42,263 nucleotides of DNA, from the NCBI GenBank assembly GCA_044240275.1, contig JBIHZV010000001.1, positions 1-42,263 of the forward strand, given 5' to 3'. A program made the translations under genes and the position numbers. This document shows, piece after piece, positions 26,226-35,409 of the stretch. Numbering within the stretch: the first letter of the stretch is position 1; every line of letters starts with the position of its first letter. The stretch is from Ilumatobacteraceae bacterium (GTDB taxonomy: Bacteria > Actinomycetota > Acidimicrobiia > Acidimicrobiales > Ilumatobacteraceae). The notes beneath the pieces are model-generated. The model was not told the origin of the DNA. It saw only the letters and a list, made by a program, of their open reading frames with translations, and did no database searches.

Positions 26226-27127
26226 TCGCCCGTATTACATATGCATTTCGCGAAATGTGGGCAAGCTTTAGGCGCAACCTCACGCTGACTGTCGCGGCCA
26301 TTCTTACATCGGCTATTGCGCTGCTGTTGGTGGGCACAACATTTTTAATCCAGCGTGCGTTCGACAATTTGTTGGTTCAGTGGCGCGGAGATGTCGAGAT
26401 GATCGTGTTCGTGCGTAGTGATGCGACACCCGAGCAGATCTCGTTGATCGACCAGACAATTAAGGCTGCGCCAACCATCATTGATGTTGAGAGGTTGCTG
26501 TACCTAGATAAAACACAAAGTTATGAAGAAGCAAAGCGTATTTTTGTTGGCGACCCTGTCACCTTGAGCCTGTTGACCCCCGACAACATTCCGTCGCAGT
26601 TCAAAGTTGTGCCAATTACGCAAGACCCAGAGCTTGTGCGCAGTTTGAGTGAGCAATATCGATCTTTGCCTGGTGTGCAAGATGTGGCGCTCGCTGAAGA
26701 CGAGTTTCAAGTGATCTCAACGCTGTCTCGTTTTGTACGCACCGTTACGTTGGTAATGTCGCTTGTGCTGTTAGTCGTAGCAGTAGGGCTGATTTGGAAC
26801 ACGATTCGTACAGCAATGTTTGCGCGCAGGCGTGAAATAGAGGTAATGAAATTGGTCGGTGCAACCAACTGGTTTATCCGCGTGCCGTTTATGCTCGAAG
26901 GTCTATTGCATGGTTTGCTCGGCGGTATCGCATCTTGTGGTGGGCTATGGGTACTCAACTCTGCATGGACCAATGGCGTCGCTGGGTTTAAGCCCGGCAC
27001 CGGGATCAGTTCGCTTGTTGTTCCGTCTGGATATCTGACGGGTGTGATGCTGGTGATTCTTGCAATCGGTGCACTTGTTGGCGCTGTCGGATCAGCAATC
27101 GCGGCTTCACGATTCTTGGACGTGTAG
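26222..27127 (+). CDS. ftsX: Cell-division permease-like protein FtsX
   Basis: 301 aa with an ATGA overlap with ftsE. Topology is TM1, a roughly 130-aa extracytoplasmic domain, then 3 TM helices. Motif: [14 protein letters not shown]. Confidence 0.9.
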   Translation: MIARITYAFREMWASFRRNLTLTVAAILTSAIALLLVGTTFLIQRAFDNLLVQWRGDVEMIVFVRSDATPEQISLIDQTIKAAPTIIDVERLLYLDKTQSYEEAKRIFVGDPVTLSLLTPDNIPSQFKVVPITQDPELVRSLSEQYRSLPGVQDVALAEDEFQVISTLSRFVRTVTLVMSLVLLVVAVGLIWNTIRTAMFARRREIEVMKLVGATNWFIRVPFMLEGLLHGLLGGIASCGGLWVLNSAWTNGVAGFKPGTGISSLVVPSGYLTGVMLVILAIGALVGAVGSAIAASRFLDV

Positions 27128-27138
27128 GCACTGGGCAC

Positions 27139-27996
27139 ATGTACACAGAAATTATCTACGAGGTGAGCAACAAAGTCGCTACGGTCACGTTGCATCGACC
27201 GGACAAGATGAATGCATTCACTGGCGTGATGATGAACGAGTTGTTGCAGGTATTCGACGAAATTGATGCCGACGACAACGTGCGCGCAGTGATTGTTACG
27301 GGCAGTGGTCGTGCATTCTGTGCTGGAGCCGACTTGTCGCACGGTGCAGACACATTTAGCGATGGCAAGTTAAGTGGTCAAACTTCAACATCGGTTCGTC
27401 GCGATGGTGGTGGCATGGTTGCTCTGCGCATGTTTAGGTGCAATAAACCAATCATTGGTGCGATTAACGGCGCAGCGGTTGGTATCGGCGCAACGATGAC
27501 GTTGCCAATGGATATTCGAATCGCTGCTGACACCGCAAAAATGGGCTTCGTGTTTGCTCGCCGAGGCATTGTGCCAGAGGCTTGTTCGTCGTGGTTTTTG
27601 CCGCGTCTAGTCGGTATCGCTCAAGCCCAAGAATGGGTGTTGACCGGACGGGTCTTTTTGGCAGACGAAGCATTGCGTGGTGGACTCGTGCGCAGTATTC
27701 ATCCGCAAGCCGAGCTACTTCAGGTTGCTCGTGACCTAGCACAAGAAATTGTGGACAACACGGCTCCAGTATCTGTGTCGCTAACCAGGCAGATGATGTG
27801 GCGAATGCTTGGGGCTTTGCACCCAATGGAGGCACACCGCGTTGACTCGCGTGGCATTCAAGAACGCGGTCGTTCGGCAGACACTCGCGAAGGTGTGATG
27901 AGCTTTTTGCAAAAGCGACCAGCGGTGTTTACCGACATGGTGAGCACAGACATGCCAGACATTTTTGTGGGCTGGGAAGAACCAGAGTTTTTCTAA
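27139..27996 (+). CDS. Enoyl-CoA hydratase/isomerase (crotonase) family protein
   Basis: 285 aa. Motifs: VATVTLHRPDKMNAF, TGSGRAFCAGADL, INGAAVGIGATM. Confidence 0.85.
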   Translation: MYTEIIYEVSNKVATVTLHRPDKMNAFTGVMMNELLQVFDEIDADDNVRAVIVTGSGRAFCAGADLSHGADTFSDGKLSGQTSTSVRRDGGGMVALRMFRCNKPIIGAINGAAVGIGATMTLPMDIRIAADTAKMGFVFARRGIVPEACSSWFLPRLVGIAQAQEWVLTGRVFLADEALRGGLVRSIHPQAELLQVARDLAQEIVDNTAPVSVSLTRQMMWRMLGALHPMEAHRVDSRGIQERGRSADTREGVMSFLQKRPAVFTDMVSTDMPDIFVGWEEPEFF

Positions 27997-27999
27997 TTC

Positions 28000-28383
28000 A
28001 TGAGTCTGTTTGAAGAAGTGGGCGGCTCACAATTTTTTGATCGATTGGTCGAGCGTTTTTATGAAGGTGTTGCAACAGATGATGTGTTGCTGCCGTTGTA
28101 CCCAGAGCAATCTGACTTGAGTGGGGCAAAAGAACGACTTACTTTGTTTCTGCAGCAATATTGGGGCGGCCCAACGACATACAGCGATGAACGTGGGCAT
28201 CCCAGGTTGCGACAAAGGCATTTTCCATTTGTAATTGGCGAACGGGAGCGAGATCGTTGGATGGTGCACATGATGGCAGCAGTCGATGAACTTTCACCCA
28301 ATGAAGCGGTTCATCAACAATTGATGGAATACATGGCGATGGCGTCTACAGCCATGATCAATTCGCCGAGCGAAACTATTTGA
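28000..28383 (+). CDS. glbO: Group II truncated haemoglobin (trHbO-like)
   Basis: 127 aa. Motifs: FFDRLVERFYEGV, LFLQQYWGGP, RGHPRLRQRHFPFVIG, RDRWMVHM. Confidence 0.8.
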   Translation: MSLFEEVGGSQFFDRLVERFYEGVATDDVLLPLYPEQSDLSGAKERLTLFLQQYWGGPTTYSDERGHPRLRQRHFPFVIGERERDRWMVHMMAAVDELSPNEAVHQQLMEYMAMASTAMINSPSETI

Positions 28384-29203
28384 GCGCGTAGCACGCAATC
28401 GCGGTAGCCGACGCAACATTAAGTGAATCGACGCCGACTGCCATGGGTATGTTGGTCAGAATTGTGCATGCATCAAGTGCATCTTTGCTCAGACCCTGGC
28501 GCTCTGATCCAAGCACTAATGCGCGGGGTTGCGAATTGGCAAGATTGATGTGATTCATTGGTATCACTTGCTTTGTCGGGTGGGTCAGTGTCATGCCCAC
28601 AACAGCAAAGCCGCGACTTGCGAGTTGATTCAACGTGGTTGAGATATCGGTAATTCGGGCGTAGGGCAGATGGAACGTGGTACCCATCGATACTCGCAAT
28701 GCACGGCGTGTAAGTGGATCAGATGATGTGGTGTCGAGCAGCATTGCATCCCATCCAAGGGCAACTGCGCTTCGTGCGATGGCGCCAACGTTGCTGGGGT
28801 TGTCGATGCAATCAAGGATTACGAGGCGTGTAGACGAATCTATTAGTGATTGTGCATCTCGCAATACTGGGCGGTGAAATACTCCGATTGCATCGAGCGG
28901 AACACCAAGACCAGTGACTTCGCGGCGAATGTCGGCTGAAGCGCTCAGTGTGATGCCGCCACGCTGAGTGATGTCAGCAACAAAGTCTTGTGCACATTTT
29001 GGGTCACACAAGACAACGGAAGGTTTGCATCCTGCATCAAGTGCTCGTCGAACAACGAGGTCGCCTTCTGCAACAAACATTCCAGTTGATTCGAGGTTGT
29101 TGACTTGCGCGGCCTTGCGTTGTGCGATGGTGTTGAGTTGTCGTTCGCGCCAGCGAAACGCATTCAGCCGTTCGTCAGATGCATCGTCGACTTCGATAAT
29201 CAC
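28376..29203 (-). CDS. TrmH/SpoU-family RNA 2'-O-methyltransferase
   Basis: 275 aa, GTG start. SpoU motifs: DNPSNVGAIARSA, LVLGSERQGLS, IPMAVGVDSLNVASA. Confidence 0.8.
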   Translation of the reverse strand: MIIEVDDASDERLNAFRWRERQLNTIAQRKAAQVNNLESTGMFVAEGDLVVRRALDAGCKPSVVLCDPKCAQDFVADITQRGGITLSASADIRREVTGLGVPLDAIGVFHRPVLRDAQSLIDSSTRLVILDCIDNPSNVGAIARSAVALGWDAMLLDTTSSDPLTRRALRVSMGTTFHLPYARITDISTTLNQLASRGFAVVGMTLTHPTKQVIPMNHINLANSQPRALVLGSERQGLSKDALDACTILTNIPMAVGVDSLNVASATAIACYALK

Positions 29204-29214
29204 GAAAAGCTATT

Positions 29215-30126
29215 TTAAAATTGCCATGGGAAGGCGTCCCAGTTTGGGTCACGCTTTTCAAGAAAAGCGTTGCGTCCTTCTTCTGCTTCATCTGTCATGT
29301 AGGCAAGTCGTGTGGCCTCTCCGGCAAACAACTGTTGACCAACGAGGCCATCATCGATCAAGTTGAACGAAAACTTGAGCATGCGCTGTGCGGTCGGGCT
29401 CTTTGAGTTGATCTCTTTGGCCCACTGCAGTGCTGTTGCCTCAAGTTCGGTGTGTGGCACAACGGCATTGACCATGCCCATGCGCTGAGCATCATCGGCT
29501 GAGTATTCGCGCCCAAGGAAAAAGATTTCCCTGGCAAACTTTTGGCCAACTTGTCGCGCGAGATATGCCGAACCATAGCCTCCATCAAAACTTGCAACAT
29601 CGGCATCGGTTTGCTTGAAGCGAGCGTGTTCTTTACTCGCCAATGTGAGGTCGGCAACTACGTGCAAACTGTGTCCGCCACCAGCAGCCCAACCAGGCAC
29701 CACGCAGATCACAATCTTGGGCATGAATCTGATTAAACGTTGCACCTCAAGAATGTGCAGTCGACCGGTGCGACCTTGATTGATCGTGCTTGAGGTTTCG
29801 CCGTCGGCATACTTGTAGCCGTCCTTGCCTCGAATGCGTTGGTCACCTCCGCTACAAAATGCCCAACCGCCATCCTTCGGAGATGGTCCGTTGCCAGTGA
29901 GTAGCACGCAGCCGATGTCGGTTGATTGGCGAGCGTGATCAAGAGCGACAAAAAGTTCGTCGACTGTTGCGGGACGAAATGCGTTGCGCACTTCGGGACG
30001 ATTAAATGCAATGCGTACTGTGCCGTGGGCGAGTGCGCGATGGTATGTGATGTCATTAAATGAGAAACCATCAACCTCGCGCCAAGCCGTTGGGTCGAAA
30101 ATGTCGGAAACCTGTTTGGCGTTCAC
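29215..30126 (-). CDS. menB: 1,4-dihydroxy-2-naphthoyl-CoA synthase
   Basis: 303 aa. Motifs: RIAFNRPEVRNAF, FCSGGDQ, GWAAGGGHSLHVVADL, DADVASFDGGYGSAYLAR. The C-terminus WDAFPWQF is typical of long actinobacterial MenB. Confidence 0.9.
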   Translation of the reverse strand: MNAKQVSDIFDPTAWREVDGFSFNDITYHRALAHGTVRIAFNRPEVRNAFRPATVDELFVALDHARQSTDIGCVLLTGNGPSPKDGGWAFCSGGDQRIRGKDGYKYADGETSSTINQGRTGRLHILEVQRLIRFMPKIVICVVPGWAAGGGHSLHVVADLTLASKEHARFKQTDADVASFDGGYGSAYLARQVGQKFAREIFFLGREYSADDAQRMGMVNAVVPHTELEATALQWAKEINSKSPTAQRMLKFSFNLIDDGLVGQQLFAGEATRLAYMTDEAEEGRNAFLEKRDPNWDAFPWQF

Positions 30127-30135
30127 CGTTCTATC

Positions 30136-30933
30136 TTACAAACTTGACACGTTGGCGCGGTGGGCGTGCTCGGGGTGCTCGAGCACGAACCTATCTGCCC
30201 ATTCCTTAGAGGTGGCATCAGATTGCTTCTTTGTTTGCGGGGCAGGCACCGTATCAACAGGTGAGTCAATGTGGTTCATCACCAGACGAACCGTTGCATC
30301 CATGTCACGAGTCAGTTGCTCGTAGGTGATGTCGAGTGGCACGATCTTGTTGTCGATGAAATATTTTTGCCACTGAGCATTTTCGTCGGCGATGCGCGCG
30401 AGGGCACCTACGATTGCACCGCCGTCATAGATGGGCTCACGTTGCACTTCCATGTTGCTGTTCCACGACTCACTTTGGGATGCACGGACAAATGAAATTG
30501 CTTGTCGAATCTCGTTTTGGCGCATGATGCGTACCCAGCGCACGGGAACTCCCCAATAGTCGACGTTCAGATCGAGATCAAGCATGTGGCGCTTGTACTG
30601 GTTCCAGTGCATTTTGATTCCGAACACTCCGTTTTGCGTGGTATTTATCTCGGCAAGACGATTGAGGTACGCCAGGTAAGAGCGGTGAGAAAAATACGAA
30701 ATATCACGCCATGCCGATTTGCCAAGCAGTTTGCGAAGCGCGCTCAGAGGCAGTCGGTTTGGGGTGATCGTTGGAACTCCATATTTGTCGCGGAAGCGCA
30801 CAAAGTTTTGGGTGTGGATGTTGAGGTATTCCACTGGGGTGCCAGCGGCCAACGTGCCACGCAGTATTGAACACAGCAGTGTGGATCCGGTGCGCTCGAC
30901 CGAGGCGACGACCAGCAATTTTTTGGTTTCCAC
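30136..30933 (-). CDS. Stf0-family (trehalose 2-sulfotransferase-like) PAPS-dependent sulfotransferase
   Basis: 265 aa, GTG start with AGGA upstream. It has the 5'-PSB-like loop ERTGSTLL, then NGVFGIKMHWNQ and RQNEIRQAISFVRASQSESW. It is collinear by eye with M. tuberculosis Stf0 (Rv0295c). Confidence 0.7.
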   Translation of the reverse strand: METKKLLVVASVERTGSTLLCSILRGTLAAGTPVEYLNIHTQNFVRFRDKYGVPTITPNRLPLSALRKLLGKSAWRDISYFSHRSYLAYLNRLAEINTTQNGVFGIKMHWNQYKRHMLDLDLNVDYWGVPVRWVRIMRQNEIRQAISFVRASQSESWNSNMEVQREPIYDGGAIVGALARIADENAQWQKYFIDNKIVPLDITYEQLTRDMDATVRLVMNHIDSPVDTVPAPQTKKQSDATSKEWADRFVLEHPEHAHRANVSSL

Positions 30934-31040
30934 GCTTCAGATCCTAGAAGAAAGGGCCATTGCTGATACCGTTTTGCCGCAGTTAGTAAGTCGCAACGTT
31001 TAATAGCCATTCCCCCAACTCATTGCAATGGAGACTCCCG

Positions 31041-32537
31041 ATGACAACCCAACTCACTCTTGCCGACTGGACAAAGCGCGCAGGTCAAAAAGTATCTCGA
31101 ACGCAATTGTTTATTGATGGCAAGTTTGTTGATGCCGCAAGCGGCAAGACATTTGAGTCGATCAATCCTCGCGATGGGAGCATCATCGCAAACATTGCAG
31201 AGGGCGATGCTGAGGATGTCAATCGTGCGGTTGCAGTAGCAAAGCGCACATTTGATGCCGGTATCTGGAGTGAGATGGCACCCCTTGATCGCAAGAATGT
31301 AATGCTCAGGTGGGCGCAGTTGATTCGTGATCATGCCGAAGAGTTGGCATTGCTCGAAACTATGAACTGCGGCAAACCAATCAGCGACTCGCTTAATGTC
31401 GACGTTGCGTCATGTGCCAACAACATTCAGTGGTACGCCGAAACTATTGACAAGTTGTATGGAGAAATCGCGCCAGTGCCACGTGACTCGATTGCTTTGA
31501 TTGAGCGCGAGCCAATGGGCGTTGTCGGAGCAGTGGTTCCATGGAACTACCCACTGATCATTAGCTCGTGGAAAGTTGGCGCCGCACTTGCGGGTGGCAA
31601 CTCGGTCATTTTGAAGCCTGCAGAGCAGTCGCCATTGTCGGCACTGTTGTTTGCCGAACTCGCAGTGCAGGCCGGTTTGCCTGCTGGCGTGTTCAACGTA
31701 GTTAACGGTTTTGGTCCAAGCTGCGGTGGCACGCTTGGTAAGCACATGGATGTCAACAAGTTGGCCTTCACTGGCTCGACTGAAGTTGGCAAGTATTTCT
31801 TGAAGTATTCCGCTGAAAGTAATGCAAAAGCGGTCTCACTCGAACTCGGTGGCAAGACGCCACACGTTGTGTTGAGTGACTGCCCAGATATCGATGCTGC
31901 GGCTTCGGCGATTGCGTGGGGTGTGTTTTACAACGCTGGCCAAACATGCCATGCCGGCACTCGCATGGTTGTCGACCAAAAGATTGAAGACGAGTTGTTG
32001 CAAAAGATTCAGGATGTCTCAAAGACAATCATGCCTGGCGACACCTACGACCCGAAGACCGCGATGGGGACGATTGTCGATCGCTCGCAGTTCGATCGCG
32101 TGAATGAGTACATCAACATTGGCAAGAGTGAGGGAGCAGTTGTGCACACGGGTGGCACTCCTGTCGAGCCAGTCAAGGGCGGCATTTTTATTCCGCCAAC
32201 CATCTTTAAGGGCGTGAAGCCGGGAATGCGGATTGAGCAAGAAGAGATATTTGGACCGGTACTTGGCTCAATTCGAGTAACCAACGACGAAGATGCAGTG
32301 CGCATCGCAAATGATTCGCAATATGGTCTTGGCGCTGCATTATGGACGCGAGATGTTTCGAAGGCTCACAAGATCGCACGTCAATTGCGTGCAGGAACTG
32401 TCTGGGTCAATACGTTTGATCGCAGTTCGATCACCACGCCATTCGGTGGATTTAAGCAATCGGGTACAGGACGAGATCGCTCGTTGCACTCGATTGAGGG
32501 CTACACCAACTTGAAGACAACTTGGATTCAGCTCTAA
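31041..32537 (+). CDS. NAD(P)-dependent aldehyde dehydrogenase, PuuC-like subfamily
   Basis: ATG at 31041 with GGAGA 7 nt upstream. Motifs: AEELALLET..GKPI, WYAETIDKLYGE, VVPWNYPL, ELGGK, catalytic GQTCHAGTR, EEIFGPV, ANDSQYGLGAALWT. It closely parallels E. coli PuuC by eye. Confidence 0.85.
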   Translation: MTTQLTLADWTKRAGQKVSRTQLFIDGKFVDAASGKTFESINPRDGSIIANIAEGDAEDVNRAVAVAKRTFDAGIWSEMAPLDRKNVMLRWAQLIRDHAEELALLETMNCGKPISDSLNVDVASCANNIQWYAETIDKLYGEIAPVPRDSIALIEREPMGVVGAVVPWNYPLIISSWKVGAALAGGNSVILKPAEQSPLSALLFAELAVQAGLPAGVFNVVNGFGPSCGGTLGKHMDVNKLAFTGSTEVGKYFLKYSAESNAKAVSLELGGKTPHVVLSDCPDIDAAASAIAWGVFYNAGQTCHAGTRMVVDQKIEDELLQKIQDVSKTIMPGDTYDPKTAMGTIVDRSQFDRVNEYINIGKSEGAVVHTGGTPVEPVKGGIFIPPTIFKGVKPGMRIEQEEIFGPVLGSIRVTNDEDAVRIANDSQYGLGAALWTRDVSKAHKIARQLRAGTVWVNTFDRSSITTPFGGFKQSGTGRDRSLHSIEGYTNLKTTWIQL

Positions 32538-32587
32538 CTCATCTCATTACAACTATCAATTTTTAAAATACAAGCAAAGGAGCACAT

Positions 32588-33505
32588 ATGCGTTGCGGAT
32601 TTATCGGTCTAGGACACATCGGCAAGTTTTTGGCAGGCAGTTTGGTGCGCAATGGTTTTGAGGTCACTGTGTACGACCTCAATGCCGACGCAGCAGCGCC
32701 ACTCGTTGCCAAAGGTGCAAAGTTGGCTGGCTCAATCAAAGAGTTATGTGATGCATCCGACACGGTATTCACATGCTTGCCGTCGCCGCGCGCGATCGAC
32801 GCCGTTGTTGCCGGTCCTGGTGGAGTGATCGAGTCTCTTGCCGGCCGTGCGACTCGCGCAACATGGATCGACATGAGCACCAATGACCAAGACGAAACGT
32901 TGCGGCTAGGTGAACTGTGTGAATCTAAGGGAATCAATGTGCTCGAGTCACCTGTGACGGGTGGTGTGCATAAAGCAGCACACGGAGATATCACTGTGCT
33001 CGTCGGTGGCAATGAAGCAGTATTTAAAGCACACGAAAAGGCTCTCAACGCGATGGGCCAACCAGTGTTGTACATCGGCAAGTTGGGAAGTGCTGCAGTG
33101 ATCAAAGTGATCACCAACATGCTTGCATTCATCCACTTGGTTGCTGCAGGCGAAGCGTTGATGCTGGCAAAGCGCGGCGGCCTCGACCTTGGCGTGGCCT
33201 TTGAGGCCATCAAGCAATCGTCGGGCAACAGCTTTGTTCACGAAACAGAAAGCCAAGTGATTCTCAACGGCAGTTACAACATCAATTTCACTATGGACTT
33301 GGCACTCAAAGACATGGGCTTTGCGCTCGGGTATGGCAAAGAGTTTGGTGTGCCACTCGCATTGGCGACTTTGACAAATGAGCAATTTGTATTGGCAAAG
33401 GCTGCCTACGGCGGTGAGGCTTGGTCATCGCAAGTAGTCAAGTTGCTCGAAGATGCAACTGGTTCAGATTTGCGTGCACCTGGTTTTCCTGCCGAACTGG
33501 AATAG
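32588..33505 (+). CDS. Beta-hydroxyacid dehydrogenase (3-hydroxyisobutyrate / tartronate-semialdehyde reductase family)
   Basis: 305 aa, with AAAGGAG upstream. Motifs: CGFIGLGHIG, DMSTN, SPVTGG and the catalytic-Lys region GSAAVIKVITN. Confidence 0.8.
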   Translation: MRCGFIGLGHIGKFLAGSLVRNGFEVTVYDLNADAAAPLVAKGAKLAGSIKELCDASDTVFTCLPSPRAIDAVVAGPGGVIESLAGRATRATWIDMSTNDQDETLRLGELCESKGINVLESPVTGGVHKAAHGDITVLVGGNEAVFKAHEKALNAMGQPVLYIGKLGSAAVIKVITNMLAFIHLVAAGEALMLAKRGGLDLGVAFEAIKQSSGNSFVHETESQVILNGSYNINFTMDLALKDMGFALGYGKEFGVPLALATLTNEQFVLAKAAYGGEAWSSQVVKLLEDATGSDLRAPGFPAELE

Positions 33506-33545
33506 AGTCATTCTCGTTAGACCAATTTGATTACTGGGGGCACGT

Positions 33546-34274
33546 GTGGCGCACAAGAGAACTCGCCGAGAGTTGGCAGCTGCATTCCGCTGGGCCGCCA
33601 GACTTGATTACCACGAAGGTATTGCAAACCATTTCAGCGCGGCAGTTAGCGCCGACGGACAAGAGTTTTTGATCAACACACGTGGCATGCACTTTTCTCG
33701 TGCACAAGCAAGTCGGTTGGCGTTGGTAACTACAGCTGATGGAGCATCTGACCCAGTTGCACAGAACGTAGATACAACAGCATGGATTTTGCATTCGTAT
33801 ATCCATCGCAATGTGCCAAGGGCGAGATGTATTTTGCACACGCATATGCCATATGCAACGGCACTTGCAAGTCTGAAAGATTTTGAGTTTTTGATGCTGG
33901 ACCAAAATGCTTGCCGTTTTTATGACCGTATTGCGTACGACCGCCACTATGCAGGCATGGCACTTGAACCTGCCGAGGGCGAGCGCGTTGCGTCACTTCT
34001 GGGCGATGGCAAAGACATCTTGTTCCTTGCCAACCACGGTGTGTTGGTAGTGGCGGACACGATTGCGCAAGCTTTTGACGAGTTGTACTACCTTGAAAAA
34101 GCTGCCCAATTGCAAGTGATTGCTCTTTCGACTGGCCGCGAACTCCAAATCGTCGATAATAAGACCGCAGCCCTTGCATGCAAGCAGTGGCGCGAGTATC
34201 CAGAGGCTGCCGAATTGCATTTTGCAGCTTTGATGGACATTCTTGATCTTGAGTCAGCCGACTACATTAAGTGA
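33546..34274 (+). CDS. Class II aldolase/adducin-family protein
   Basis: 242 aa, GTG start. It carries the His-rich metal-site motifs ILHSYIH and ILHTHMPY, plus LANHGVLVV. Confidence 0.75.
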   Translation: MAHKRTRRELAAAFRWAARLDYHEGIANHFSAAVSADGQEFLINTRGMHFSRAQASRLALVTTADGASDPVAQNVDTTAWILHSYIHRNVPRARCILHTHMPYATALASLKDFEFLMLDQNACRFYDRIAYDRHYAGMALEPAEGERVASLLGDGKDILFLANHGVLVVADTIAQAFDELYYLEKAAQLQVIALSTGRELQIVDNKTAALACKQWREYPEAAELHFAALMDILDLESADYIK

Positions 34275-34315
34275 GTCCGTTTAAACCCCCCAGAGCCAAA
34301 AGGTAGAACAATTCC

Positions 34316-35395
34316 ATGAAAGCAGCAGTATGTCGCGAGTTTGGTAAACCACTCGTCATCGAAGAAGTGCAACTTGCCGATGCAGGTCCTGGCGAAGTTC
34401 GCGTCAAGGTTTCGGCCGTCGCTATCTGTCATAGCGATATTTCGTACGCCGACGGAGCATGGGGCGGCACGTTGCCAGCCATTTATGGTCACGAGTGCGC
34501 TGGCGTTGTCGAAAAAGTTGGAGCTGATGTCACCACTGTCAAAGTGGGAGAGCACGTTGTTGTCACGTTGATTCGCTCGTGTGGACACTGCCATGGTTGC
34601 AGCATGGGCAACCCTGTTACATGCAGCACGCAGTTTCCTCTCGATGCCAAGTCGCCAATTACCGATGCAAAGGGCAATGCAGTTGTGCAGAGCATGCGCA
34701 CGGGCGGCTTTGCAGAGTTTGTGCTCGTGCACGAGTCGCAGTGCGTGGCAGTTCCAAAGACAATTCCGATGGCAAGCGCATCGCTGCTTGCGTGCGGTGT
34801 CATTACTGGATTTGGTGCAGTGACGAATACTGCAAAAGTTCCGGCTGGTAGTCACGTCGTTGTTATCGGCACCGGAGGCGTTGGTCTCAATGCAATTCAG
34901 GGTGCACGAGTGAGTGGCGCACGCACGGTCATTGCGATTGACATCGCCGACAACAAGATTGCCGCGGCAAAAGATTTTGGTGCAACACACGGCATCAACT
35001 CCAAAACCGAAAATGTTGCAGAGCGAGTACTCGAACTCACCGATGGTCGCGGTGCCGACTACGTGTTTGTGACTGTTGGTGTTAAGTCGGCATTCGACTC
35101 GTCATACGGCATGCTGGCCAAGAGCGGTTCGGTCGTTCTGGTAGGTATGCCAGCGAGCGGCGTGATGTCAGAAATTGATCCGGGCACGATGGCTGCTTAC
35201 AGCCAAAACATCTTGGGTTCAAAGATGGGTTCGGCTCGAATTCAGGTTGATATTCCAAACCTTGTCGGGTTGTACAACCAAGGACGTGTCAAGTTGGACG
35301 AACTCGTGACCAAGACATACCCGATCGAAGAAATCAATGAAGCAATCGACGCAGTAAAGCGTGGCGAAGCACTTCGCAACGTGATTGTGTTCTAG
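34316..35395 (+). CDS. Zinc-dependent alcohol dehydrogenase (MDR family)
   Basis: 359 aa. Features: catalytic zinc ligands CHSD and GHECAG, the structural zinc cluster CGHCHGCSMGNPVTC, and the NAD loop VIGTGGVGL. Confidence 0.85.
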   Translation: MKAAVCREFGKPLVIEEVQLADAGPGEVRVKVSAVAICHSDISYADGAWGGTLPAIYGHECAGVVEKVGADVTTVKVGEHVVVTLIRSCGHCHGCSMGNPVTCSTQFPLDAKSPITDAKGNAVVQSMRTGGFAEFVLVHESQCVAVPKTIPMASASLLACGVITGFGAVTNTAKVPAGSHVVVIGTGGVGLNAIQGARVSGARTVIAIDIADNKIAAAKDFGATHGINSKTENVAERVLELTDGRGADYVFVTVGVKSAFDSSYGMLAKSGSVVLVGMPASGVMSEIDPGTMAAYSQNILGSKMGSARIQVDIPNLVGLYNQGRVKLDELVTKTYPIEEINEAIDAVKRGEALRNVIVF

Positions 35396-35409
35396 GCGAC
35401 TGCTCTTTC

